From contig NW_021834674.1 in NCBI RefSeq assembly GCF_006345805.1, positions 1 through 64,000 of the forward strand: DNA of 64,000 nt. The letters run 5' to 3'. Positions 45,346 to 57,225 of this stretch are shown one piece after another. A program made the position numbers and the translations under genes. The DNA comes from Octopus sinensis. Taxonomy: Eukaryota. Positions within the stretch are counted from its first letter, which is position 1, and every line of letters begins with the position of its first letter. A model generated the notes under the pieces. The model was not told the DNA's origin. It searched no databases and saw nothing but the letters and a program-made list of their open reading frames with translations.

Positions 45346-47860
45346 TATATGTTGGACTGAAAGCAGAGCTGAGGCGATTTTCTTCAAAGAATTGAATCTT
45401 TCAGGCAACGTCTCCCAGCGATTGAAGATGGCAACTGACTTCTCTAAGCTGCTTCTTTCAAGAGATTTTAGTAATTCCATAAATTTTTTCCCCATAATTC
45501 TGAAGTGGTTAATTCAATCATTTCCACTTCAAAACTATCCTGTATATTTGTTTTTTAGCCAAAATGTGAGAGATTAAATGAGTTCGTTTTCAAATCCCTC
45601 AAAGTCGGGTTTGATGAGAAATGAAAATATAGGAACATCTGTTTCGAAATATTTATCTCACTTGGAAAATTCTTCTTTCAACGTTGCAATATATTTTTGA
45701 AGTTCGTTTTTATTAAATATTAAATCGATTTGAATAAGCTTTTACATTTGGAAAGTATTTTTATGTATTGCTAAGTTTATCACGCCAAAAAAATCTGATT
45801 TTAACAAAATCCTTTCCAATATTCAAAAACATCAAGTACTGTTTGACCTCTCTCTTGTAAATGCAAATTTTAATCATTCAAGTGACTGTCAGTTAGAAGC
45901 ATCAGTTTAAATAAACCGTCTTCGTTGTTCAATTCTGGCAACTGTTTCCTTTCAAGAAATATTCTTCTAAGCATGATACAAATCTGTTCAAAACATTACC
46001 CCGACAAAGCCAACGGACTGTAAGGACCGTGCGATGCGAGTTGACAAGAATGGCTCTTTAGTACCACATCACACAGCCCTTACAATAAAGAGAAAATTGA
46101 TAGTACCATCTATTTGCCAGATGGATAAAGGAGACAACCGCGTAGAATGATTAAAAGAAGATTTATTGATATGTTAACAGATGTGTCTGTGTGTGCATCA
46201 TGTATACTGAACGATAGACAGGCCGTCATGAGAACAGAATGTATGCGTATGGGTTCATAGATGTAGGAGACAATTAGAGGTATATGTTGAACGTGATGTC
46301 GTGGCTGTGATGCTGCTGCCTGGGTAACTTGTACAGGAATTCATACTGGTTGTATATTTGTTGTTGACCCATGATGAAGTAATTCACGAACAGTGAAGTG
46401 TTGGAACCTGGGTGCATCGCTTGCAGAGCTGTGTACGTAGAGAGATGATGTTGAAGACGTTAAGGACATGGTGATAGCGACGAAGATGGAGGTTGTTGGA
46501 ATGCTGTTGGACAAAGTTGGTAAGTCTCTGGAACTGGCTGTGTCTTTGTGGTCAGAGGCTAGTCCTTAAAAGGTCTGGAACCAAAAGACGAAAGGAGAAA
46601 AGGGGGAGCGTTTATAAGGAGAAATAGGCCAAAACGGGGTAGAGAACAGGCTGACTCCGACTGGTTATACGCGGCAGTTTGGCGCGACAAATTGCGCCAA
46701 TACCAACTAATCAGAGTAGTGGACAGAACGGGATCCAAATAGCGGCAAAAGGCTAGCTGTTCCGTGCTACTCTCGAATGCACGTATATATAATAAATGGG
46801 AGAGAGGAATTTTAACCGAGTCTACGCTGCAGGACTTTACTGTGAAGTGGGAAGTCTGCATATTCGCTGTCCAGTTCCTGCAGAAGAGACTTAAATTGTC
46901 TGTGAGTCAGTGAAGAGCAAGAAACCATGAAGTTAACTATTTTAACAACAGTTTCCACGACAGAACTCAAGCTTTGTGACGAAAGTTTTGCAACTAAATT
47001 TTCCTGATGTACAATGCAATTAAAACACATTACACTGCGTGAAATGTGATTTTCAAGACGCTTAATAAATCTTTTTTCCTTTCCACCCACTGCACGTGCA
47101 CCACCAGTAGTAATACAAAATATTTTATTTGTATTAATGGCTTGATTTTCGAAATAATTTAGAAATGCAGTCAGAATGTCCTGTCCTGTAGATGTATTGG
47201 TAAGAGGAATCAAACAACATGATTCTTCGTAAATACGATCATTGTCACAGCATCTTGCAACAATTGCTAGGTGCGCCATGTCATTCACTTGAGTACTTTC
47301 ATCGATAGGGGTCACTGAATGCAGCAGCATCTTGTAATCTAACTTTCTGTGTTATAATTATGTTTTCAGCTATATCAGTTACACGTCTCTCAACTGATCA
47401 TGCAGAAGTTGGTATTTCTTGAATTCGAGACAGTATTTATTCAGCGTTTGCTTAATCACTGAACAAAAATTTTGCCCTTCTCAGAAAATCTTTTTTGATA
47501 AATTCTCCGACTGTTAAAGGTTTACCTTTCTCAGCTCTACATTGAGCAATTGTCTAACTACATTATTTGGCTTCATTGTTGGTTCCAAGCATTTGAACAA
47601 AAACAGGAGTGCTTTTATTGTAACTAGAAATAGCCCTTTTTATGATTTGCCTTTTATCATCAGCGTTTTTAGACATAGTCTGGTGTCTAGTTTGATAGTG
47701 TCTTTGTACACTTGATGTACGACATACGACAAATTCACAGCAGAACGCACACACAACTCGATTTTGTTGTACAAATCCATACTCAGTGCTCCAGAAATCT
47801 TGAAATGAACGAACGTCAAATTTTGGTCCTTTGTTATTCAATTTGGGGCACTATATATTG
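45346..47860 (-). mobile_element. Degenerate hAT transposon (Charlie/Buster, GTF2IRD2-like transposase)
   Basis: BED-like FQDFWSTEYGF..VCAFC..VQRHYQTRH; IDESTQVND.AHLAI, TGQDI, ITTGGA, CIVHQE, THRQFKSLLQE, HSKV|RWLCRG, KKIASALLS. The C-terminal end is cut by the tandem array. Confidence 0.88.
46019..46831 (-). mobile_element. Solo LTR (813 bp, TG...CA) with a 4-bp TSD GGAC
   Basis: ggac|tgtaagg...cgctgca|ggac. Removing it restores transposase SKV-RWLCRG. Minus-strand TATAAA (~46615) and AATAAA (~46165) suggest the orientation. Confidence 0.88.
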
Positions 47861-48925
47861 ATAAGTGATATGACAGGTGTATAAACCCTTAAATTAGGTT
47901 CTACAAATAAAAATAACTAAATAAAATAATTAGAATAAAATAAATAGTAAAAAAGAATGAAATTAATTTAATGAATTAATTTTTGTAATAATAAAATAAT
48001 TAGATTAAAATAAATTATATGAATAAACAAAAAAATATATACCCAAAAGATCAGACAACTTGACTCCCGAAGGAGAAATTGAAACCTAAGAAAATAACTA
48101 TAATTTTTAACTTTTCATGTTTATTTCCTTTTGAAAACCCTACTCGTTACCGCTTTTTCTTCCCAAAATGTGAGAATAATTTTAAAAGCGTCTACTTATA
48201 GACGACCCGCAATGTAGCAGCCGATTTTAAAGAGTGTCTTTATTTAGACTGGCTGCTGTAAAGTGGTCAACCAAGTTTAACATAGTATGATCTGCACTGC
48301 TACATATACAGCCGAGTTCGAAACAACAAGCGTTCGCACCTCTAGCTCCCGGCTTCAGTAATAAAGTCCATAGAAATGCTTTCAGCACCAGCTTACAGAC
48401 AAATTAATTGTGCTAACATTCATAATTTCGTATCAAAATTGTGTTCAGTAGTACTATATTTTTAAGGAAATGTAATACTACCAAATACAACTAACTTCAG
48501 ATAGTTTAGGCTAGAATAGATGGATCGTAAAAAAGATATGTAAATTAATTATTATGATGTCGCTTCCTCAGAGTTAGTTATAAATAAAATTTTACTTTTA
48601 TTTTTTGCCAAGTGGTGTGCATGCCATTGTGAATTGTTCCGCGTGCTACACATGACACGCGTGCCACAGGTTACAGACACCTGGTCTAGACACTCCAAGG
48701 AAAACCTCCAGACGTCTGAAGATGTTCAGCTATCCTGAACGTGTCGAGGCATAAACAGCCACCAGACTGAGGACACCTCCGTTACTACTGTTCACGACGT
48801 CCAGGACCACCAACTTACCTTCTGGGTCCAGGAAGATAATCTTTGTGTTGAGATCCAGGCGTCTCTGGGACAACACTGCCATTCCACCCCGCACCCCTCA
48901 TTCCCGTTTGACATGGAAATAAATA

Positions 48926-50070
48926 TCAGGCTGAGTAAAAAGTAAGCAACGTTTTGAAACATGAAATTCATCACAATGTATTCCACCAATGCGGAAATTT
49001 TATTCATCAAAGTCTGTACCATTAATATAAACACATTTTTGCCAATGAGTTACAAAGTTTGTTTATTCCGTTAACATAAAAATCTGGAGTTCTGGAGTTG
49101 ATGGACTCTTTGAACGCGCTTTCAGCATCGGTTTGATTTTTCAACTCCTTCTCTCGAGGAAACTATAAAGATACTTGAAAAAGTGGTAGTCGTTGGGAGA
49201 AAGGTCTTGGGAATAGGCTGAGTAGGGAATATCTTCGTAGCCAGATTCCCTAAACCTCTGGCGCGTCATTAGTGAAACGTGTGGTCGAGTATTGTCATGA
49301 AGAATGATTGGCCCTCTTCTGTTGACCAGTCTGAGACAGAGGAGTAGCAGTTTTTCGTTCATATTGGCAATTTCTTGGTAATATGTTTCTGCAGTAATGG
49401 ATTTTCTGGGTTTTAATAAGTTATAGTGGATGATTCCAACAGCACATCACTAAATAATCACCATAATCTCTTTTTTGAAGAGATCGAGTTTAGGGAAGCT
49501 TTTCGGTGCTTCATTTGGGTCCATCCACTGCGAAAAACATTTTCTATTATTATACAGAATCTACTTTTCATCGCAAATACGGTCAAGAATTGGATCGGTC
49601 TGGTTTCGGCGAAGAAGTGACGAGCACATTTCATAAGTTCACATTTTCTGATTTTCATTCAAATGGTGAGGTACTCATTTGTCGAGCTTTTCTGATTTTT
49701 CGATCGCATGCAAATGGATTCAGGCATTTTCTGGCTTACTTGAAGTTCTTTGCCAGTTCTCGAGTGGTTTTACGTGGGTCTTTCTCAATGACAATCTTCA
49801 GTTGACCGTCATACGATGACAGACGGGCGTCCACTACGCTCAAGATCTTCAGGTTTCCACTGCTAAATCGTTTAAGCCATTTTCAAACTGACCACTCACT
49901 GGTCATTTCCTCACCAAACGTTTCGTTGACATCGTGAGCAGTTTAGGCTGCTTTACATCCTTTTTTGATGTTGAATAGCAAAATTGCTCGAATATCGCGC
50001 TTTGACAGTTGCATTTCAGATGATTGCAACAACGGTGAAAAAATATCAATGTTACTTTATTGATGCATTT
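48926..50070 (-). mobile_element. Degenerate mariner (D,D34D) transposon
   Basis: FGEE..SV.KW.KRF.SG..ERSGRP..EKDPRKTTRELA; ILHDNTRPH; IPYSAYSQDLSPNDYHFF. TIR-like ta|tcaggctgagtaaaaagtaa at 48924; the other end is eroded. Confidence 0.85.
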
Positions 50071-50449
50071 GGGAAAGTCTATGTCTGAATTGTCTGTGTG
50101 TTTTGGGTTCTGTTTCTTTTTCTTTTGTGTGTTCAGGCGACTACTTGCCATTTTTGTCTTTCGTCGTCCCTATCCGCGCAAGGTATGTCTGAGTGCTCCG
50201 AACAGGGGAGGGGCAAATCTTGTAGAGCTTTTTGGCGTTGTCCTATTCATAACGTTGTTGCCTTTTTGGTGGCGGGGACCGGGGTTGATGCTGTTGTTTT
50301 TGCTGCTGCCCGTGCTGCTGTGATTAGTGTTGCTGCTACTGTTACAATTGATTTTGTAGCCGCGATCGTCACCTGCCTCTGTTGGTGCTGTTGCTATTGT
50401 TGTTATTGTTGCTGTGGTGGTGGTGTTGATGATGTTGGCAAAATTGAGA

Positions 50450-50760
50450 GGCTCCTTTCTCTAATTTGTTGTGGGCAATAGAAGAATTTTAGATGATTTG
50501 TGTCCCCACACAGATGATACCGAAACCATCAGCTTTCAAAGGCCACGTGGAGGTTGGTGCCACCGTGTGAATTTATGATATCTGGAATTGTGTCCAGATT
50601 TTGGCTGTCCATTTTCACCCACAATTTTAGGCCTTGACCCGAATAGTTTTGTTAGTAAAGTTTCCGCATCTGTAAGATGCTCGTTTTGACCTATATGTCC
50701 AAGAGGACATCTACCAGCAAGAATCAGCCGTCTATTTCTGGTGGTGTGTCTTCTTTTTTA
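50450..50760 (-). pseudogene. Possible decayed LINE ORF1/gag-like zinc-knuckle fragment
   Basis: The minus frame gives LKLWVKMD..LHVAFES*WFRYHLCGDTNHLKFFYCP, a degenerate CX2CX4HX4C, followed by low-complexity sequence. Confidence 0.3.
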
Positions 50761-51189
50761 GGGTCAAAGTAGATTGATTCCTTGCCTCCTCTTCATTTTT
50801 CTGTTATGTTTTTGTTGGTGCTGATGGTTGTGATGCTGTTGTTGTTGTTGCTACAACTACTGCTGCTGCTGCTGTCTTTGCTTTGTTTCTCAAAAATATT
50901 AACAAGCGGAGGTGACAAAATGTCAAAACGGATGATGTAAGAACCTTTACTTGCCTCGATTTGGGAAGCCAGACTGAACTTTTTCTTTTTAAAATATAAA
51001 TTTGTAGTTTTTAAAACTCAAAATTCGCCTTTAAGGGGCGAATTCTGGCCACCGCAGCTAGCCCCGCTTACAGCGAGGTGGGTTCTGTGGTCAATAAAAT
51101 TTTGAAAACAACATTGTAACAACAAATTCTAAAGAAAACTTAGAGCTCCGAACAACTAGTCTCCAAAACCGACACAAATAATAATAATA

Positions 51190-51385
51190 ACAATAAAGAA
51201 ATGGAGAAACTTTCAAAATACAAAGACCTGGAGATAGAGGTAACTCGAACGAGGAATCTAAAAACAGAAACAATTCCTATCATAGTAAGTGCATTAGGCA
51301 TGATAAAAAATTATTCACACAAATACATAACAAAAACACCAGGATTTACAAACACATATAACATACAGAAAATTGCATTGTTGAA
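51190..51385 (+). mobile_element. Second R4/Dong-like RLE LINE fragment
   Basis: KEMEKLSKYKDLEIEVTR..KTETIPIIVSALG..IQKIAL, homologous to 26492-26752 and preceded by (AAT)n. Confidence 0.7.
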
Positions 51386-52550
51386 TTATTCTTTTAGATC
51401 AGTATTTCTCAACGAGGATATCAGAGGAGAGTTTCAGGGAGTCGCTGGCGATGTATCGTGATGATCAAAAATCCAACCTGCTAAAATTTGGTTAGTGATT
51501 CAAACTGCAGACTCAACGCAAAATGGTCACATTTAATTCAAAGCGTTAAAAATGGTATGAAAACAATTGGTATGAGTTCACAAAGTCCAAACGATTAATA
51601 GGGAAAAACCTCCAGGCTACATCCCGAATATTCATTTCTTTGCCGAATTTCTACAATGTTTACGGCGATTCGTCTTGCTTTTTTATTTTTCATGCAATTT
51701 ACGCATGCTTGCACGCGTGGTGAACACAGTTCACGTCAAACAGCTGACTGAGTAAAGTTCACTATTCAATGCATGGGAGAAGGCCTAAACAAACACATTA
51801 TCGATTTTTGCACTTGCGAGATGAATTTCGGAACAGAAATAGCGCAGTTCAATTTTCATTCGCCTAAACTTTAAGTGACCTATGTTTGGTGGTTCTACGA
51901 TTTGTTGGCTTGGAGGAGATGTGCCGGGAAGTAAAAGACACAGACACACACACAGATACACAGATAGACACACAAGTTGAGTTTTATATATATAGATTTA
52001 CGTTCATGCTTTATTCTTGTTTTCAGTAAAAAAAAAGTAAGTAAAATGAAATCATGATAGTTTATTTAAGGAAAAACTTTGTATGAACGCTTCTAAAACT
52101 GGGGTACAGGAGAAATCCTTTGATACAATACAGTTGCTTGTGGGGTCCCATCGGATTTAACGACCCAACCGGGTTTACAACCACTGCGTATTTAGGGTCT
52201 ACGAAACTCATGGTTCGCTAGTTTTGTATATATATATATTAGACCCCCCTCCGAGTATGGTTACAGATGTGTGTAGGAGTGCGTTTGTGTTTGTGTGTGT
52301 GAGTTTGGTGTTTTCTTTGATATTATTACGCGTTAAAGCTATAATATTTTTATAAATTTCTTCACACTAATTTGTCGAAATTTAATTTTTTAGCTTTAAA
52401 TATCCAATCATGAAAACAAAAATATATTTGTCATGTGGAACAGGGGTGAATTTTAGTTCCTTCAGAGAATCTGCAATTTGAAGTTAATAACATTGAAATC
52501 TCTGACATTTCCTATTTTCTTCTTTTACAGATAAATCTACGCCTGGCAAT

Positions 52551-52741
52551 ATGTTTCACCACGTAGTATCATATAGACGGTCTCTTGTGTTGATACTGTG
52601 TACGATATTGTTTTTGGAGACTCAAGCTGATTCAGATATATGCAAGATATGTACTTGCAATTCACTTACAACAAATATAGATTGTGTACATCGCAATTTA
52701 CCATCGATTCCACAACCAATTCCGACGAATGTTGAATATTT
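52551..52741 (+). CDS. First coding exon of a secreted/membrane leucine-rich-repeat protein (signal peptide + LRRNT)
   Basis: Acceptor ttttacag| at 52530, ATG at 52551. Hydrophobic signal SLVLILCTILFLETQA, then LRRNT CKICTC..IDCVHRNLPSIPQPIPTNVEYL. Donor tt|gtaagt, phase 2. Confidence 0.88.
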
Positions 52742-53197
52742 GTAAGTATTTGACACTTTCTACGTATTTTCCACATCCAATATTTTAAATTCTCATTGAT
52801 TATGTTCTCAGCTAATCGCTTATGCTGTTTATCTCACAGCTTTAAGCACAATCTTATGTTAGAGTAAAGCAAATCGATATGTTACCTGCTGTGAAGTCAA
52901 ATAAACTGTTACTTACCATATTGAATTTATAATATATAACATCGCATACACAGAGATTGGCTATGACTAGTATCTGACTTTGATTTCATTTGTCTGAACT
53001 TATCAAATCTTACGGTATATTCAATGAACGGACAGTATAAAAACTTTAGTGCTAAGAAAACGTGTATTCCACATAGTTATATTATATCATTAATTAGTTG
53101 AATTGTTACTTATTGTTACAGTAATATGATATAATATCAGTTGATCGTGTCACAGAATAATTGTTAATTATTGTTTGTGTTAATTTTATAATAGAAT

Positions 53198-53415
53198 ATG
53201 CAGCGAGCTATCAGAATCGTTGTGCACGCCAGACAAAATGTTGAGCGGTATTTCGTTCGTCTTTACGTTTCGATTTTAAATTCTGTCGAGGTTGACTTTG
53301 CTTTTCATTCTTTTGGAGTCGGTAAAATAATTAGCAATTTATCTCTGAGATCAATGTAAAGGACTTGTCCCTTTCCCAAAATTTCAGGTTTGTTCCTATA
53401 GAAGAAATTATTATT
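53198..53415 (+). mobile_element. SINE family B copy in the LRR gene intron
   Basis: gcagcgagctatcagaatcgtt..gaggttgactttgcttttcattc..tttcaggtttgttcctatag with an (ATT) tail. Confidence 0.65.
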
Positions 53416-55089
53416 TTTATAATTAAAAATGATACAGATGGATTAAACAGCAGATAATGACGAGATCCGCTTAAATTGCCAAATTCTTAAAATACCTAAG
53501 TGAAGAAATCAAAATAGTGTTGTTTTAACAAATTATGAGGAATTTATTTTTGATAGAATGTCATCAGTAAAATTTACCCTATCACGAACACAATAAAACT
53601 TATTACAAAATTATGCAAGCTTAATTGAAGTTTCGGCTGATTGATGTATCCCCGTTCACCTGAAAATTTACGTAATTTTTAAGTAAATTATTAAAATTTA
53701 ACGTCTCAAGAAATGGAATAGAATAAAAAAGAGTAATTATTTGATACATGCAATCATAACAAATACTCTGTTGCAACACATTGCTCTTCCAGGTGATTAC
53801 TTCCAGTTAATTGGCTTGCATCATTGCATTAATCACCTTAAACTTTCAGTTTTAATCAAATATTCTAATACTAAAGTGGATCAATTCATTCGATCAGATC
53901 TATTTCTCAAAACATTTGGAACGTTTTGACAAAATGAGAAATCCTAATGTAAAATAAAGAGAAAAGTTTCAATAATGGAATTCCTAAATCTCGTATAACT
54001 CAAGATGTTGAATAGTAAAGTTGAAGTTCTATTTAATAAGTTAGATATTTTCATCGTTCATAACTTGAGCGAGGATAGGCACAAATCTTTTGACCGTCTA
54101 GCAGAATACATTGCGTTCTGACACACGGCAATCTGACTTCAAGTCCCGCCAAGGTCAACCTTGGGTCATTCATTTCAGAGATCAATAAAGAACCATAACA
54201 GTTCAATGAACAAATGCAACTATGAGGACCTCGAATAAGACACCTTGCAGTATATTGTCCACTTTTTATTTTACCGATTTTGGAGAAAGGATCATACAAG
54301 TTTTTTAACCCCTGCAAGATCTCCAATACTTGTGAGACACATATCATTAATATTCCGTTTGAGCTGTTGCAGGTTAACCTTTACAGGAATGATTAACAGG
54401 GATGCTATTTAGGGGATGAAGGATTTAGCATAGATGGCTAATAATGGTAACAAACTGAGGTTTAATACAGCAAGAGTAAGGAGTAACGGGCTAAAAAAAG
54501 ACGAAAAAACTAAGGCAATGTATGTTGCCACATCCCTTTTTTAAATAACACCCTTAACCAGTTAAATCACCATGTAAGGTTGTTCTCCTTTGTAGCACAT
54601 AACTCAAAATTATATCAGGGTTTCCCCACTCTACCATCACCAATTCTATTAATAAATCCCTTTCTATTTCTGTTATGTTTTCCTTCCTAGTCTATTATTT
54701 CAGTCTTGAAGTTTTAGGGGTTTATTTATTTTTGTGAAGAACTTTTATGCATCAATTATGCAAAGGAGAGGAGTTTACTTTTGCAAAGATAAATTACTTT
54801 TGACAGCAAAGTGTAATAACAAATAGAATGCTCATTGGACAGAAACAAGATATTTATAAATAAAGCTGACTTCTGAGATGATAAAAATATCTTCCACTGA
54901 AAACTGATGTTGCAACGAAGGCTTTGTAAATCTAATTCAAATCACAAATATTTTGAACATCCATTCTTTTCTCATATTTTACATGCATGTGTGTTTTTCA
55001 TTCATACTTTACGTGGTGACTTAAATCTGTTTTATATCTTATATAATAAAATATACGAAAATACAAACAGAACCTTCGTGAAGACGAAA

Positions 55090-55805
55090 AGAAAGCCTTA
55101 CAAACTGCAAATTGACAATTTAATCATCCTAAACGAAACCGATTGGGGAAGGGTGATAGCAGTCACGGACCAAGACTACTATAAAGATAAAATATTGGAA
55201 ACAGACTAATCCTGCTACAAGGAAGAACCAAGACACGCGGAGAAAGTAATAATGAATACACCCAAAATTAAGATAAATGAATACCAACGTTCGTTCACAG
55301 ATAAAGAGAAAGATTATTTATGCAGCTCTGTAATGAAAGAGAGTAATTTCTATGGATCACCCAAGATCTGCGAATGCTCCAAAATGCAAGGATCAGCATA
55401 TAAAAATACTAAGACCTACGGACATCAAATTGAGACCAACAGTTGCTGGACCTTGAGCCCCAACACAACAACTGAGCCATCTTTTGGATATACTCCTCAA
55501 ACCGTTGTGCCCATTAATGCCCAGCTATACCCGAGACGATATGGATTTCATCAAACACATTCCACCCACTGTCCCAGAACGTACTATACTTAAAAGATTT
55601 TACTAATCTTTGTACAAATACATCACACTTTGGGCCTGGGAGCAATGAAACACTGGGTAGAAAAACATAGCGGACGGATGGACGAACGCTTCAAAACGCA
55701 TTTCCAAAGACACACGCCGGGAACTAGAAGACGACACCTTTAGATTCGATAATAAGCTGTATCGACAGATAAAAGGACACCACTACGGGGACGAGGTTCA
55801 CACAC
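55090..55805 (+). mobile_element. Decayed Penelope/Poseidon-type RT fragment in the intron
   Basis: DNLIIL..D.GRVIAV.DQDYY.DKI; FYGSPKI; RPTVAGP.APTQQLSHLLDILLKPLCPLMPSY.RDDMDF; NTFRFDNKLYRQIKG..GTRF. Confidence 0.75.
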
Positions 55806-56099
55806 ATACTCGCACCCAGAGGTAGATATACATATGTGTGTATATTTCTGAGTGTATATGTGTGTATGTGCTTATATGTGCATACATGTGCGTGTATGTG
55901 TGTGGATGTGTGTGTTGGTACATAGAGAGGCGAAGCGGATACTCGAGGTTGTGCAAGTCAAGTAGGAAATAAACATGAAACGGCTGCCACGTTAAGATAT
56001 TCTTCTCCTCCTGCTTCTTCTTCTTCTCCTTCTGCTTCTTCTTCTTCTTCTTCTTCTTCTTCTTCTTCTTCTTCTTCTTCTTCTTCTTCGTTATCTTTC

Positions 56100-57225
56100 T
56101 TCTTCTTTTTCTTCTTCGTTATCTTTCTTCTTTTTCTTCCTTTCATTCTGAAGTCACAGTGTTTGATATCGTATCACAAATATTTTCCATATAATCTATT
56201 TTACTCTTTCTTTACTGCTATAGAACTCTGACATGGAACAGCATTTCAACCATCAAAGAAGGTGCATTCACGGGGCTTTCAAATTTAAAAGAATTGTAAG
56301 TTCGTTCAGTTTCTTGATACTATTTTCCGAAAGTAATAATTGATGCTGATATATAAGCTCACAAACGTATAAAATTTCAGACTGAACCAAACAAAATCAA
56401 TTCAAATTTGTAGAATGAATACGATTTAGGAAGATACAAAGAGAATATGAGAGAGCGAGACAATGTGAAAGAAAGAGAGAGAATTTGAGAGAGAAAGTGA
56501 AATAATAGGAAAAATATAATGTTCCTTTATTGTAGTTGCTTTGTTTCAATTCGCATCTCAATAACTCATTTTTGTTCCCCAAATTTCAATGATTTTGATA
56601 TGAATTTGTATTAGAAATGGTAACGTTTGTGAGTTTACATGTTTGCATCAAATATTTTTAGCTGAAGTATATGTGTATGTTCATATATAAGTGTAGTTCT
56701 GTGTGAAATGTGACTATATTATTCCTTTATTTTATATTTTGCATCCTCCTCCATTTCTTATTTCAATATTCTCCTTCGTGTTTCGATATTATCATTCAAC
56801 TTCGAATTTTGTCATTCACTTCACGTTATTTATGTAATAGAGCAACTGAAGTGGAAGCGGAAAATATATATTCGAATAATATAGTCACATACATTCTATC
56901 TGTAAACCTGAAATACTTACTGTACTTGTAAGCTGGAATATTTGGCCTGATACAATTAAACTGCTGATATATTTCTTGTAAGCGTGTGTTTTCTAATATT
57001 CTTGTGACAATGAAGCGATATGAAATAAATAATCTCTCTCACCATATTTCCACAAGGGTGAGTGGGAATATGTGTGATGTGAGTGTGCATACCGCATTCC
57101 GTCGTTGATACTATGAATATAAGAATGCGTATGAGTGCATTTGAATATGTTGATTTCTGATTCCGTATATTCCCTGATTTTTCAGCCATGTTTCTCGCCC
57201 AAGATTTATCGATCTATCTCTTCAT
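56100..57225 (+). repeat. Exon-plus-intron cassette, duplicated at ~63095-64000+
   Basis: About 100 bp upstream and >700 bp downstream of each exon align; by eye ~12 differences in the first ~170 intron bases. Confidence 0.92.
56224..56295 (+). CDS. 72-bp single-LRR exon, cassette 1: (L)TLTWNSISTIKEGAFTGLSNLKE(L)
   Basis: Pyrimidine tract + tag acceptor, gtaagt donor, phase 2-2, exactly 24 codons. Fits LxxLxLxxNxIxxIxxxAFxGLxxL and is in frame with exon 52551-52741. Confidence 0.92.

Noticed and set aside
48715-48765. ctgaaga followed by the hairpin gttcag/ctgaac
   Set aside because: No GAAA after the stem and no stem I or III.
51400-52186. Charlie-like MITE (cagtatttctcaac ... gtttacaaccactg)
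   Set aside because: The TIR match is partial and the 8-bp flanks (ttttagat / cgtattta) are not duplicated; the ends may belong to different elements.
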